This document shows positions 41,623 to 52,422 of a DNA stretch of 64,000 nucleotides, piece after piece. The position numbers and the translations under genes were made by a program. Location of the stretch: positions 1 through 64,000 of the IMG/VR virus record IMGVR_UViG_3300043399_000877; one strand, given 5' to 3'. A model generated the notes under the pieces. It saw only the letters and a program-made list of their open reading frames with translations, ran no database searches and was not told where the DNA came from. Numbering within the stretch: position 1 is the stretch's first letter; each line of letters starts with the position of its first letter.

Positions 41623-42746
41623 AGTTCCAATCCTTTAAATGTATCTGACCCTACATCCTGTTTGATAGCACCGATAGTATAGCTGCTTATCTCAGTTTCT
41701 TGAGGTGCAACCTGTACTTCTGCACCGCTAATCCATTTTTGGGTCCAGGGCAATGGGTTGTTTTTTACAGAATACGGGCTGGTCAATCCAACATTCTGCA
41801 TTCTACGAGAGGCAATCCATTCAATGTACTCATTCAGTAATTGTACATTTAGGCCAATCATGCTGCCGCCTTTAAACAGATACTCAGCCCAAACTTTTTC
41901 CTGATTTACTGCATCTACAAACATTTTAATGCATTCGGCTTCGGTTTCTACGGCGATTCTTGCGTAGTCAGGGTCGTCTTTTTTAAGTATTTTAAGCAGC
42001 ATTTGAGTGCCGGCAAGATGCAGATTTTCATCTCTTGCAATTAGTTTGATGATCTTTGCATTGCCTTCCATCTTTTTGAGTTCGGCAAACGCCCAACTGC
42101 AAGCAAAGCTAACATAGAAGCGAACCCCCTCAAGAATGTTAACACTCATCAGTGCAAGCCATAGCTTTTTCTTGAGATCATAAAGATCAACTACTATTTC
42201 TTTACCGTTAACCGTGTGCTTGCCCGCGCCGAGTAAGTTGTACCAGTGAGCAAGCTCGATTAATTCGTCATAGTTTTTGCTAATGTCTTCGGCGCAATCG
42301 ATAATTTCTTCAATGTCCATAAGTTCATCAAAGATTTTACTTGGGTTGCTGTACACGTTTTTGATAATATGAGTATAGCTTCTGCTGTGAATAGTTTCAC
42401 TAAATGTCCAGGTTTGTATCCAGTTCTCTAGTTCTGGAAGACTGCAAATTGGACTAAAAGCTTCAACCGGTGCTCGTCCTTGCACACTATCCAGTAGAAT
42501 TTGACGTTTTAGATTGCTAGTAAAGATGTGCTGCTCGTGTACCGGAAGGCTACGAAAATCTTTGCTGTCTTTATAAATGTCAACTTCTTCAGGACGCCAG
42601 AAGAATCCCAACTGTTTATCAGTTAGTTGATCCAGCTGTTTGTATTTCATAGTGTCGTAACGCTGGATGGTTGGACCCCCGCTGGGGTCCAAAAATGCTA
42701 AAACTTGAGTATGATCGGCTTTGTTTGATGTATCAAAAACGCTCAT
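41619..42746 (-). CDS. nrdB: Ribonucleotide reductase class Ia beta subunit
   Basis: FFWRPEEVD, QILLDSVQGR, ETIHSRSYTHI, EGVRFYVSF, IARDENLH, VAPQETE. Confidence 0.98.
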   Translation of the reverse strand: MSVFDTSNKADHTQVLAFLDPSGGPTIQRYDTMKYKQLDQLTDKQLGFFWRPEEVDIYKDSKDFRSLPVHEQHIFTSNLKRQILLDSVQGRAPVEAFSPICSLPELENWIQTWTFSETIHSRSYTHIIKNVYSNPSKIFDELMDIEEIIDCAEDISKNYDELIELAHWYNLLGAGKHTVNGKEIVVDLYDLKKKLWLALMSVNILEGVRFYVSFACSWAFAELKKMEGNAKIIKLIARDENLHLAGTQMLLKILKKDDPDYARIAVETEAECIKMFVDAVNQEKVWAEYLFKGGSMIGLNVQLLNEYIEWIASRRMQNVGLTSPYSVKNNPLPWTQKWISGAEVQVAPQETEISSYTIGAIKQDVGSDTFKGLEL

Positions 42747-42798
42747 GTATTTTCCTTTTCTTATAGCTTAAAGGTAGCACAGATTTTACGACTGTCAA

Positions 42799-45105
42799 TT
42801 ATATTGTGCAGCTTTCGCAAACTTCATCTTGACCAGCAGTATCAGTCTCAGATACAGGAGTTTCAAAAACCATTTTGCTTACATCAACTTCGCCGGCGCC
42901 GTCGTTAGTATTGAAATAATACAATTGCTTACCACCGTATTTGTAGAACAGAACCATATGCTGCAACATTACGCTCATCGGAATCTTCTCATCTTCAAAA
43001 AATTGTGGGTTGTAACTGGTATTGACGCTAATGCCTTGATCAATATATTTTTGAAGTACGGCCATAATCTTTAGATATCCTTCGGGACTACGCTGATCCC
43101 ACAAAAGGTCGTACTTGTTTTTAAGGCGCTTGAATTCCGGAACAACTTGTTTAAGCACACCGTGCTTGCTTTGTTTTACACTGATATATGCGCGCGGTGG
43201 TTCAACACCGTTCGTGGCATTTGCAATCTGTGCGCTGGTCTCGCTGGGCATCAATGCCATAAGTGTGCTGTTGCGAATACCGGTTTCTCTTAACTGATTT
43301 CTGAGACCTTCCCAATTCATACGCTCGGTATGCGGTACCAGTTCATCAAGTGTACGCTTGTAAGTCTGATTTGGGGTAACACCTATACCGTATTTGGTTT
43401 CCCAATTGCCCGGGCAGGCTCCCTGTTCGATTGCAAGATCTGCACTGGCTTTGATCAAATAATAACTCCAGGCTTCAGCCCATTCGTCAACCAATGCAAG
43501 TCCCTCGCTGTCTATATTTTGATAGCTAAGACCGTTCTTTGCCATCCAGTATGCAAAGTTAATAATACCAATTCCCAACGGTCTGCGCTTCTCTGTGGAT
43601 TTACGGGCGGCAAGAACCGGGTAATCTTGATACGAAAGAAGAGCATCTAATCCGCGAACAGCCAATGTGCAAACTTTTTCAAACTCCGAGGGGTTGCGTA
43701 TATTACCCCAATTGATTGCGCTGAGTGTGCATAGTGCTATTTCACCATCGGGATCGTTTAGATCATTAAGTGGCTTTGTGGGTAGGTCAATTTCTGCACA
43801 TAAGTTGCTCTGTCGTATTGGCGCTAATTCTGCAATAAAACTACCGTGATCGTTGGCATTATCCACGTTTTGTAGATATATGCGACCGGTTGCTTTTCTT
43901 TCTTCCATAAACGAACTGAAAAGGTCCAGTGCTTTTACCGATTTCTTTCTCAGTTTGGGATTCTTTTCAGCAGCTTCGTAGAGCTTGCGGAATTCATCTT
44001 GATTTGTAAAGAAAGCTTCATAAAGTCCCGGAACATCCTTGGGGCTGAACAATGTTATACTGTCACCAGTAATCAATCGTTCGTACATTAGCTTGTTGAA
44101 CTGTACTCCATAATCCATATGTCGTACACGAGTTTCTTCTGTGCCTTTGTTGTTTTTAAGAACCAGCAAATCTTCTACTTCAAGGTGCCAAGCCGGATAG
44201 TATACTGTGGCAGCACCACCACGAACGCCGCCCTGACTGCAACTTTTAACCGCAGCTTGGAACATTTTATAAAAAGGAATAATGCCGGTATGGTATGCAT
44301 CACCACTCCGAATTGGCGAGCCAATTGCACGGATCTTCCCGCCGCCGATGCCGATGCCGGCCTTTTGACTTACATATTTAACGATAGCACTTGTGGTGGC
44401 ATTAATGCTATCAAGGCTATCATCAGACTCGATAAGGACACAACTGCTAAACTGGCGCTGCGGTGTGCGAACTCCTGCCATAACCGGCGTGGGTAAGCTG
44501 ATATCATGCGTAGAGATCGCATCATAGTAATCCTTTATCCAATGCAGTCTAGTTTCTTTTGGATACCCGTGAAAAAGAGTTGCTGCAATGAGAATATAAC
44601 ACATTTGCGGTGTTTCAAATATCTCACCAGTTACACGATTTTGAACCAAGTATTTTCCACGGAATTGCTCCATAGCTACATAAGTCAAGTTTTCATCACG
44701 CTCGTGTTTAACAAAACTGTTGATTTTTGCCCATTCGTCGTCGTTATAGTAATTAATCAAATCTGGATCGTAAAACCCGCGGGCGATGTTCTTTTCAACC
44801 AATTCTTTTACTGTGCAAGGAAGATAGCCACCATAAACTTCCTTTCTCAAACCGTAATTTATAAGACGTCCACCCACATATTGGTAATTGGGCGTCTCTT
44901 CTGAAATAAGATCTGCTGCTGCCTTGATTAGTGTTTCTTGAATTTCACTGCTTTTAATACCGTTATAAAACTGTATCTGACTTTTGATTTCTACTTCGCT
45001 GGGACTTACACCGGTAATTCCCTCACAGGCAAAAAATACAACCTTGTGGAGTTTTTCAATATTCAATGGCTCCTTAGAGCCATTTCGCTTGGTGACTTGA
45101 ATCAT
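42799..45105 (-). CDS. nrdA: Ribonucleotide reductase class Ia alpha subunit with ATP cone
   Basis: VTKRNG ATP cone, PTPVMAG, FSSCVLI, QSNLCAEI, PSETS, KQLYY, CESC. Confidence 0.98.
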   Translation of the reverse strand: MIQVTKRNGSKEPLNIEKLHKVVFFACEGITGVSPSEVEIKSQIQFYNGIKSSEIQETLIKAAADLISEETPNYQYVGGRLINYGLRKEVYGGYLPCTVKELVEKNIARGFYDPDLINYYNDDEWAKINSFVKHERDENLTYVAMEQFRGKYLVQNRVTGEIFETPQMCYILIAATLFHGYPKETRLHWIKDYYDAISTHDISLPTPVMAGVRTPQRQFSSCVLIESDDSLDSINATTSAIVKYVSQKAGIGIGGGKIRAIGSPIRSGDAYHTGIIPFYKMFQAAVKSCSQGGVRGGAATVYYPAWHLEVEDLLVLKNNKGTEETRVRHMDYGVQFNKLMYERLITGDSITLFSPKDVPGLYEAFFTNQDEFRKLYEAAEKNPKLRKKSVKALDLFSSFMEERKATGRIYLQNVDNANDHGSFIAELAPIRQSNLCAEIDLPTKPLNDLNDPDGEIALCTLSAINWGNIRNPSEFEKVCTLAVRGLDALLSYQDYPVLAARKSTEKRRPLGIGIINFAYWMAKNGLSYQNIDSEGLALVDEWAEAWSYYLIKASADLAIEQGACPGNWETKYGIGVTPNQTYKRTLDELVPHTERMNWEGLRNQLRETGIRNSTLMALMPSETSAQIANATNGVEPPRAYISVKQSKHGVLKQVVPEFKRLKNKYDLLWDQRSPEGYLKIMAVLQKYIDQGISVNTSYNPQFFEDEKIPMSVMLQHMVLFYKYGGKQLYYFNTNDGAGEVDVSKMVFETPVSETDTAGQDEVCESCTI

Positions 45106-45148
45106 TTTTTTACGTTCCTTTAACTATAACAAACAATGGTAAGATTAT

Positions 45149-45574
45149 TTACTGAAGACTAGGCATAATATAAACGGTTTCGACAAAAATGTTTTCTGGT
45201 ATTTCATTTTTATATACAGTTCGTTCCATGTCGTAACCTATTACAAAATCGTCCACATACAGAAGATATTTTACTTCGGAGTCTTCTGCATTGGTACAGA
45301 TATGTATCTTAAAGACGGTGTCCTTAAACCTGTCGGTTAATTGTAAACTATAACAAATACCAAGTAATTTACAAAAATTGCAATATTGATTATCATAGAG
45401 CAATTCCCAGGGATCGGGCCACGTTTTCTGGTCCCATGGATCCGCTTGAATTGATACCAGCGGCGCTCGTTTATAAAACTCTATGACTGAGGAATATGGA
45501 TCATTAGACGTTTCTAGTGTGGAACGAAACTCGCTCCACAAACGCATTCTATCTTCAAATTTTTTATCAAACAT
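45149..45574 (-). CDS. Hypothetical phage protein
   Basis: 141-aa ORF, WPDPWELL motif. Confidence 0.75.
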   Translation of the reverse strand: MFDKKFEDRMRLWSEFRSTLETSNDPYSSVIEFYKRAPLVSIQADPWDQKTWPDPWELLYDNQYCNFCKLLGICYSLQLTDRFKDTVFKIHICTNAEDSEVKYLLYVDDFVIGYDMERTVYKNEIPENIFVETVYIMPSLQ

Positions 45575-45579
45575 TTTTA

Positions 45580-47208
45580 TTACGATTTTAGTCGTATTGT
45601 ATAAGAAAATCTATCGTTTGTCAATCCTGGAATAGTATTCTGTGCTTGTAAAATAATAGTTTCTTTGATACCATTACTGTCTAAATCTTCTAACACTGCT
45701 CTAAATTTTAGTAGTCTACTAAAATTTCCCTCACCGTTATAGGTATAACGATCATTTACCACAACAGTTTCTCTTTGTGAGTTGCACACAAGTTCGATAG
45801 TCCCTTCTCGTACAAAAAATTCATCCCGATATACATAATCTAGATAAACTGTACCATTTTCTGTAGGTGCAGGAACCTTTATTATGTTTCCGTAATCGTT
45901 TCTAAACCCAATAAATGTTGTGTTTGCAAAACGATTCTCGTATCTAACACTGCCTTCTATTTCAGGAATATATCTCACAGTGCTATTTGGTTCGAGCGAA
46001 TCTGCAAATGGTATATCTTTGCTTCTTTGAAAATAGTCTGAATCACTTACGTTGTTGTCGGAATCTAATTTTATAATTGATGTAAGAGTGCTTTCAGCAC
46101 TACCGTCATCGTTACCTACTAGAAGATATCTATTGTTTTTACTCACGTTATATTTGCCGTATGCAACCCACAATGCCTGTAAAGTTATCCTATCAAAAAC
46201 TGAATTTTCTATTGTGTTAAATGACGGGCCGAAGTTCTGAGCAACTGTGCCCTGTAAGCTATCTCTACCAAAAACGATTCCCTGTCTTGCCCATTTAAAG
46301 GTACATCCACTAAACACATTTTCAACAATGTCATCATCACTGTAAACTAGTATACTGAAATGATCCAAGTCAACATTTATAAAACGATTGTTATTTGAAG
46401 ATACCTGTGTGCTTGTACTAGATAATTTGATACCAAATTGTGAAAAATTATCTTCTCCAGGCTGCCAACTTCCGGATATTCGTAAATCTTTAAACACACT
46501 ATCGCGGCATGAATCTAGGATAATTGCCGGATTGTCTCCACTACTAATAATGGTCATACCCTCAATAAGTACATCTCTGGTTTGATTATCAAAAGTGTTT
46601 GATTCAGCACCGCTGTAGTCACCGATTTCGCTTAATGCGTTAACTGTTTGAAAAACAGTAACTTCATCAGATATTAATATTGTACGGCCCTTGCCGGCAC
46701 CGACAATTGACACATAAGGTGGTACAAAAATAGTACCGGTTACGCGATAGGTTCCCGGTGGAATGTGAACCGTTACACGGTTTGTTACAGTAGTTTCACC
46801 GTTTGTTTTATTTTTTAAATAGTGTTGATCTATTGCACGTTGAATTGCTGCTGATTGATCAGTACCGTCACCTTTAGCACCAAATGCCACAACAGAAACG
46901 TAATCATCCAATCTCTCTTGTAGAGTTCTCGATATTTTTAACGCTTCTGTATCACCAGTCTGTATATCCTGATTATTTCTATAAGAATACTTTGCAACAT
47001 AATCCAGCATATTGACGGTGTCGTGCTCGGTCAATAGTCGAGTGTTCCCTACATAAGGAGCACCTTCGGCTACACTACCGTTACCTATGTAAAGTTTTTG
47101 TGTGTCTATGGCCCAGCCAAGTTCACCGCTAGCCAATTGTGGCATTCCGGTTCCTTCTCGCTCTCTGCCACGGCGGTGTTGTATCTTTGAAATCTGTACA
47201 ATAGCCAC
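45580..47208 (-). CDS. Virion structural protein with pectate-lyase-like beta-helix (baseplate/tail-associated)
   Basis: MAIVQISKIQHRRG...GELGWAIDTQKLYIGNG, SVVAFGAKGDG.D.SAAIQRAID, IPPGTYRV. Confidence 0.75.
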   Translation of the reverse strand: MAIVQISKIQHRRGREREGTGMPQLASGELGWAIDTQKLYIGNGSVAEGAPYVGNTRLLTEHDTVNMLDYVAKYSYRNNQDIQTGDTEALKISRTLQERLDDYVSVVAFGAKGDGTDQSAAIQRAIDQHYLKNKTNGETTVTNRVTVHIPPGTYRVTGTIFVPPYVSIVGAGKGRTILISDEVTVFQTVNALSEIGDYSGAESNTFDNQTRDVLIEGMTIISSGDNPAIILDSCRDSVFKDLRISGSWQPGEDNFSQFGIKLSSTSTQVSSNNNRFINVDLDHFSILVYSDDDIVENVFSGCTFKWARQGIVFGRDSLQGTVAQNFGPSFNTIENSVFDRITLQALWVAYGKYNVSKNNRYLLVGNDDGSAESTLTSIIKLDSDNNVSDSDYFQRSKDIPFADSLEPNSTVRYIPEIEGSVRYENRFANTTFIGFRNDYGNIIKVPAPTENGTVYLDYVYRDEFFVREGTIELVCNSQRETVVVNDRYTYNGEGNFSRLLKFRAVLEDLDSNGIKETIILQAQNTIPGLTNDRFSYTIRLKS

Positions 47209-47235
47209 GTTAAATACTCCTATTCTTTAGTGTAT

Positions 47236-47937
47236 TTATCCGTGATTCATATAATACTGTTCCACCCTGTTCCACCAAGCATCGCACCAGTCGTCAAAGG
47301 TTCTACCAAAATATAGGTCTGGTTCGGGTGAAAGATCAAATTGCTGATATTCAAGATCTTTACTACACATGAAAATATGCCCATGTTTTATGTCTGTACC
47401 GTGAACCTCGTTATGTGCTATAGCATAAGCAGTTAATTGCAAGAAGTAATCTTCAATCCATTCGCCTTTTTTTGGTTTGTTTGTCTGTTTAAAATCAAGT
47501 ATTGCATCGTGATTTCTATAAACACCCACAAGATCTGTTGTTCCAGCATATATCTTGGGAAAATACAGCGGAACTTCACTTCCCCATACTTCGCTTATGT
47601 GCGTTATGGCTTGATCTCGAATAAGTGTAGCCATGTTGTGTGCTTGCTGCGCATATGGATTGCTGCCAGCAGACGGCCATACACCGGTTCCCACATAGTC
47701 TTCGAGATACTTGTGCATTCGAGTCCCACGTCCTGCGGCTTCAACAGTAATTTGAGTTGCGGTGCGCTCACCCACACGTTTTCGCCATTCATATATGTGC
47801 GTTTTGTCTTTTGTACTGTCAAGGATTGTTGTAACACTGGGTACCGGAACATCACCGCCCCAATCATAGCGACGTTTACCGTCCACCTCAATTCTTTTTA
47901 GTGGACGGTATGTGTATTTTTCAACTACTAAACTCAT
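47236..47937 (-). CDS. PD-(D/E)XK exonuclease (MGME1/Cas4-like)
   Basis: PSVTTIL, RGTRMH, SEVPL, YAGTTDL, ILDFKQT, QLTAYA. Confidence 0.85.
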   Translation of the reverse strand: MSLVVEKYTYRPLKRIEVDGKRRYDWGGDVPVPSVTTILDSTKDKTHIYEWRKRVGERTATQITVEAAGRGTRMHKYLEDYVGTGVWPSAGSNPYAQQAHNMATLIRDQAITHISEVWGSEVPLYFPKIYAGTTDLVGVYRNHDAILDFKQTNKPKKGEWIEDYFLQLTAYAIAHNEVHGTDIKHGHIFMCSKDLEYQQFDLSPEPDLYFGRTFDDWCDAWWNRVEQYYMNHG

Positions 47938-48269
47938 TTGCTGTCCGGGTCGAAGTCGTCCAGGTAGTCATCAAAATAGTAAGCATCTGAAATGTAAGGT
48001 GCAACTGAACTGAACGGGTCGTCCATACCTTCTACATTTTCAACTTCCGGAATCATGGCCTTGAGGAGATTTTCTATACCATATTTTAAAGTCATAGTGC
48101 TGCTGGCGCATCCACTGCAAGCACCACTCATCTCTAATACAACAGTACCATTATTGTAATCTTTGAATTTAACTTCACCACCGTGTTGAGAAACATACGG
48201 ACCAACATGTGTGGTTAACAGAGATTCTATCTCTAATATAATTTCTTCTTTTGAACGAACTTCAGCCAT
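47934..48269 (-). CDS. nfuA: NifU/NfuA C-terminal Fe-S carrier domain protein
   Basis: VGPYVSQHGGEV...VLEMSGACSGCASSTMTLKYGIE. Confidence 0.9.
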   Translation of the reverse strand: MAEVRSKEEIILEIESLLTTHVGPYVSQHGGEVKFKDYNNGTVVLEMSGACSGCASSTMTLKYGIENLLKAMIPEVENVEGMDDPFSSVAPYISDAYYFDDYLDDFDPDSK

Positions 48270-48458
48270 AAAATATCCCTTTTCTTAGACTATACAATGT
48301 ATTTTGTAAAAGTCAAATGCTGAATATTTATAGCTCTGTGTGGTTTTCTTCAATTAAAACTGTAGTACTATTAACTATCTAAGTTATGCAAGGTCATGCA
48401 CACAACTACACATAGTTTATTGTGTCGTCAATGTTTGTTTCGCTATTAATGTAGAGAT

Positions 48459-48728
48459 TTACTTTTTTAAATCAACGGCCTGCATGGCCATTTGTTTAAC
48501 TTTTGATCCACTTGAATCAACATCTTTGGTAAGATTGTCAATAGAACCTCGACTAAATTCTATAGAATTTTGATCAAAGTTTTTTATTATTTGCTGTAAG
48601 CGTGGATCAGTGTCATATGCCATTTTAAGCATGTCATAATTAAACTCGGGAATCTTACTGTTGCGCATGTACTTAATCAAAGCAGGCAGCGGAACTTTAG
48701 ATTTACCCGAGTTTTTTATTAGACTCAA
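48459..48728 (-). CDS. Hypothetical protein
   Basis: ORF in late gene block, start uncertain. Confidence 0.6.
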   Translation of the reverse strand: MSLIKNSGKSKVPLPALIKYMRNSKIPEFNYDMLKMAYDTDPRLQQIIKNFDQNSIEFSRGSIDNLTKDVDSSGSKVKQMAMQAVDLKK

Positions 48729-48763
48729 TACTTGAAAAACTTTGTCTACACTAGCAGACTCAG

Positions 48764-49699
48764 TTACTTTTTTTTTGAAAGGATCATTCCCAGTCTGCGT
48801 GGGTCTATGCTTTCACGCTTTGGGCGTGGTTCAGTTTCCGGTTCGCTGGCTGCGAGCTCAGCATCCAGATCATCATCGTCAAGCTCGTCGCCACCGGCTT
48901 CTGCATCGAGATCACTCATGCCAGCTTCAGCACCGAGTTCATCTGTGCCCGGTGCCGGCTCAGCCATGCCCTCTTCACCACCCAAAGTATCTTGAGCAGC
49001 CGCGTCACCGGTTAGCAAACCAACACCGGTGGTTAATGCTTTACGGGTTTCTTCCATAACACCGTAGAGACTTTCAAAACTGGGTTTTACAGTATTAACA
49101 AACTGTTCGCTTACTTCACTGCCTAACTCTTCACGAATGCTATCGGCCAATTCTAGCATGGATTGAGTTTGCATTTCAGCAACATCTTCCATCCAACCGG
49201 TTAGTCTTTCTACCATCTGCTTTGCAGCCATGACCAACTCGGCTTCGTCTTCGGTTCCTTCAGCTACATAGGATTCGTTTCGTAGTTTTTTCAATACAGC
49301 ACCGGCAACTTTTTCACCACGTTCCTTGGAACCATAACGACTTGCAGCATCTTTTGCAATTTTGCTAAATTGTTTGCCGGGCTTGCCGATGTCTTTACCG
49401 GCGCGGGCTTTTTTAGCACTGTAATCTCCGGTAGATGCTTCGGTAAATCCACCGCGCTCGGAAATTTCTGCATTTAGCACATCCAAGTACATCTTGGTTT
49501 TTTGATAAACGTCATTGTGAACGCTTTCAAAACTCTCCATAGTTTCGACAGCTTTGAGCTTGGTTCTCAACTTGTTTCTGGTGTCTTCTAGTTGTTCAAG
49601 AGTAAACTTTTCTAGATCAATTTTAGATCCGTAGCGAGCTGCTAGACTTTCGTTTAGCGACTTAGATGTAACTGGTTTTCCGATATCTTTGATTTTCAT
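48764..49699 (-). CDS. Probable prohead core/scaffold-like protein
   Basis: Acidic helical protein with LNES/LRNES motifs typical of gp21-protease substrates; late promoter upstream. Confidence 0.55.
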   Translation of the reverse strand: MKIKDIGKPVTSKSLNESLAARYGSKIDLEKFTLEQLEDTRNKLRTKLKAVETMESFESVHNDVYQKTKMYLDVLNAEISERGGFTEASTGDYSAKKARAGKDIGKPGKQFSKIAKDAASRYGSKERGEKVAGAVLKKLRNESYVAEGTEDEAELVMAAKQMVERLTGWMEDVAEMQTQSMLELADSIREELGSEVSEQFVNTVKPSFESLYGVMEETRKALTTGVGLLTGDAAAQDTLGGEEGMAEPAPGTDELGAEAGMSDLDAEAGGDELDDDDLDAELAASEPETEPRPKRESIDPRRLGMILSKKK

Positions 49700-49726
49700 G
49701 GTTTGTTCCTATGATGTTTGTTATAT

Positions 49727-50152
49727 TTATTTATCTAACAACAAAGATTCCAGTTTTTGTTTTGTGTTGTCGATCACCAATTCACAATTTTTTAAACGAT
49801 CAGTTGCTATAGCCCTGCGTATTTCATTGCGAGTTGTTTCAATCGTATGTTGAAAAAATATGACGTCCATCTCGTTTTTTTCTAAACAACGATCGAGGTC
49901 TAAAACTGCTCTATTATCTCGATTGTTTATGTAGTTTTTTGCATATACCAGAGCTGCATGCTTGCTGTATATGTTGGCAATTTGCTGTTGCTTACGTACG
50001 TCAAAAACCAAGTATCCAGCTGTTTTGCTTTTGCGGATTATGGTATGGCCCAATTTAATTGTGCCACCGTCTTTTTCCGGCAACACATAATCATGGATAT
50101 TGCTATCAATGATGGTCTTAAGTTCTTCAACTGCTACGGTTAAGTCTATCAT
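49727..50152 (-). CDS. Hypothetical protein
   Basis: Late-block ORF. Confidence 0.7.
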   Translation of the reverse strand: MIDLTVAVEELKTIIDSNIHDYVLPEKDGGTIKLGHTIIRKSKTAGYLVFDVRKQQQIANIYSKHAALVYAKNYINNRDNRAVLDLDRCLEKNEMDVIFFQHTIETTRNEIRRAIATDRLKNCELVIDNTKQKLESLLLDK

Positions 50153-50345
50153 CTGGAACTACTACTACCTCACCTTTATAATATACCTTTGAAACTAAAT
50201 TTTTGCGTATTAGATTTTCTAATACGTATTGTTCACGTTCCTGGAAGTTTTTAATATACTCAGGTTCTTTCAATTTGTCAAGAACTATTTTTTCTTCGTT
50301 AGTAATAGCTATTCTGAAGTCTGATATCAGATCATTAATTTTCAT
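50127..50345 (-). CDS. Hypothetical protein
   Basis: Late-block ORF. Confidence 0.7.
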   Translation of the reverse strand: MKINDLISDFRIAITNEEKIVLDKLKEPEYIKNFQEREQYVLENLIRKNLVSKVYYKGEVVVVPDDRLNRSS

Positions 50346-50878
50346 CTTTGGCCACCCATCAGTTTGGCCAACTCATCTCTGGTGAATGTCATCTTGTCGG
50401 GTTCACCACTTAGTTTATATTTGTCTGGATTTTCAATCTCAATGTCGTTTCCAGTTACTTTTGTTACTTTAAAATTTCCCACTCGCCCGGTGGTTGTTGG
50501 AAGATTGACTTTCGCGCCTGGACGGAAATCAATCGAGGGAGACGTTTGTTTTGCTGCGGTCTGCGGTCGTTGCTGTTGACCGGGCCGTACAGTTCCGGCT
50601 GAAGGCTTTGGTTGCATCTGTGTTCCGACCTTTGCATTTGGCCCTTGTTCGGCATCTTCTTCATCATCCGACCCAAAAGCGCCAGCAGCGGCGCCGGCCA
50701 CTCCGGACACTGCCGAACCTACTCCTCTTGCCAACGCACCGGCTCCCTTTAATGCGGCGCGACCAGCCAAACGTGCAGCACCTCCGGCCAATGCACCGGC
50801 ACCGCGAGCAGCCAAGCCGATTAGCGGGAGTATTTCATCCAATTTTTCTTCTTCTTTAATGAAATCCTTGGCTCTCAT
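50342..50878 (-). CDS. Hypothetical Gly/Ala-rich head-associated protein
   Basis: EEKLDEILP motif, Gly-zipper-like tract. Confidence 0.6.
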   Translation of the reverse strand: MRAKDFIKEEEKLDEILPLIGLAARGAGALAGGAARLAGRAALKGAGALARGVGSAVSGVAGAAAGAFGSDDEEDAEQGPNAKVGTQMQPKPSAGTVRPGQQQRPQTAAKQTSPSIDFRPGAKVNLPTTTGRVGNFKVTKVTGNDIEIENPDKYKLSGEPDKMTFTRDELAKLMGGQR

Positions 50879-51162
50879 CTGCTTCGTTTTTTGATACCTT
50901 TGTTTATTCTAACTATACGCTTGTACTGTGGTCTTTTGGTGGTTATGGATCGTTTTATTGCCTGGTGTGCCCGGTGGGTACGACGGGTTTTCTTAAATGT
51001 AGCTGACTTTTTTTGATTTATCGGACTGTTGCAAGTTGCCGGTTTTGATACTACACGACCGGACTTTTTACCACTTGTGCAGCGATACTTTCTTACAGGC
51101 CCATGCTTGCTGCGACCCCATACCTGCGTGTAACCTTCGGAAAGTATCTCTAGTATTTTCAT
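50875..51162 (-). CDS. Hypothetical basic protein
   Basis: KYRCTSG.K.GRVVS.P..C motif. Confidence 0.7.
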   Translation of the reverse strand: MKILEILSEGYTQVWGRSKHGPVRKYRCTSGKKSGRVVSKPATCNSPINQKKSATFKKTRRTHRAHQAIKRSITTKRPQYKRIVRINKGIKKRSR

Positions 51163-51164
51163 TT

Positions 51165-51398
51165 TTAAAACTTCATAATAATAACTACGATGGTACTCAA
51201 TAATCCAGCAATTATAGTTCCGGTTGTTCCTACAATAACTTTGACCAAACTGCTGTTACCAGTTTTAATATCATCACTTATCGACTTAAGTTCATTTTCA
51301 ACATTGGTTAGTCGTTTATCCAGTGCTTCGTATCGCTGGGCGCACAAATCAACATGCGCTTCGAGGTTAGTTCTTTCCAACTCAGTGGGCTTTGACAT
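51165..51398 (-). CDS. Small coiled-coil + TM protein
   Basis: LEAHVDLCAQRY, C-terminal TM. Confidence 0.75.
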   Translation of the reverse strand: MSKPTELERTNLEAHVDLCAQRYEALDKRLTNVENELKSISDDIKTGNSSLVKVIVGTTGTIIAGLLSTIVVIIMKF

Positions 51399-51475
51399 CT
51401 TTATCTCCTTGTTGTCTTTTTGTTTTTTAAATGTGAGCCTTAGATGTGCCTTAATATTTTTATATATTTATCATT

Positions 51476-51868
51476 TTACTCTTGTTTTAAAAAGACAATA
51501 TTTTTAAGGCGAGCATCACGAGATCTAAAAACCCAATCCTCTATTTCTATTTTTTCTTCTAACCCACCGATAACCGGTACTAGCTCAAAGTCTTCTTCGA
51601 GATCTTCTACGCTGTGATACTGGTTTAATCCAAATGAAAAGTCCAGTGTCCAGACTGGTTTGGTTCCTTTAAATTCCGATCCAAAACCTATTTTAGATAA
51701 GTTTACAACTTCTTTCTTTGGTGGTTGGTCTATTTCTGGGTTTGACCGTATACCGATAGTTTGTAATACTGTCAAATAATTTTGTTGTTGTTTTACCAAC
51801 ACCGAATCATCTCCACGACGGGCACCGGTTTCGGTAATGTCTATCAGGGTGTATAATTTGAATTTCAT
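51476..51868 (-). CDS. Hypothetical phage protein
   Basis: YTLIDITETG...QQQNY.T.LQTIG.R motif. Confidence 0.7.
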   Translation of the reverse strand: MKFKLYTLIDITETGARRGDDSVLVKQQQNYLTVLQTIGIRSNPEIDQPPKKEVVNLSKIGFGSEFKGTKPVWTLDFSFGLNQYHSVEDLEEDFELVPVIGGLEEKIEIEDWVFRSRDARLKNIVFLKQE

Positions 51869-51886
51869 AAAGTATTTAACGGTCAT

Positions 51887-51918
51887 AAAAAAAGGCCCAC
51901 CAAAAGTGGGCCTTCTTT
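51887..51918 (-). terminator. Intrinsic terminator
   Basis: AAGGCCCAC-TTTTG-GTGGGCCTT-TTTTT on the minus strand. Confidence 0.85.
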
Positions 51919-51933
51919 GAGTAATTTACTCGA

Positions 51934-52317
51934 TTATGACTGCTTTAGGTTAGCTTGCTTGAATACGGCTACGATTGAAGTAGCTGCACCAGTTACACCA
52001 TGAGCGTCACTTAGGTCAGCAGTGTATTCACCGGTTCCCTGTACTCTCAAGAACACTTCGTCAGTAACGCCTGAAACGAAGTCTGAACCATCAGCAGTAC
52101 CCATACCAGCAACTACGAATGCGCTGTCGCCGGTTCCGTTTGAACCATGGGATAGAGTTAGGTAGCTAACGATAGTGTTTAGTTCTGCATTAGTGAGGTT
52201 AGTCTTTGCAATCTTAACGATAAGCGTGGTACCTGCGTCGCTAGTGAAGATTGTATTCTTGAGGTAGTTAGCACCAACGGTGGTTCCACCAACTTGTAAA
52301 TTTGTTACGTCTGCCAT
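51934..52317 (-). CDS. Probable abundant virion protein (head decoration-like)
   Basis: Strongly biased codon usage, late promoter upstream, terminator downstream. Confidence 0.55.
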   Translation of the reverse strand: MADVTNLQVGGTTVGANYLKNTIFTSDAGTTLIVKIAKTNLTNAELNTIVSYLTLSHGSNGTGDSAFVVAGMGTADGSDFVSGVTDEVFLRVQGTGEYTADLSDAHGVTGAATSIVAVFKQANLKQS

Positions 52318-52422
52318 TTCTTTTCTCCTTGATCGTATGGCACAAAATTGCGCTCCGCAATCTTTGCTATAGATATTTATACAGGAGAGCGAAAAACTAT
52401 TAATAACGCTCGAAAATCGTTA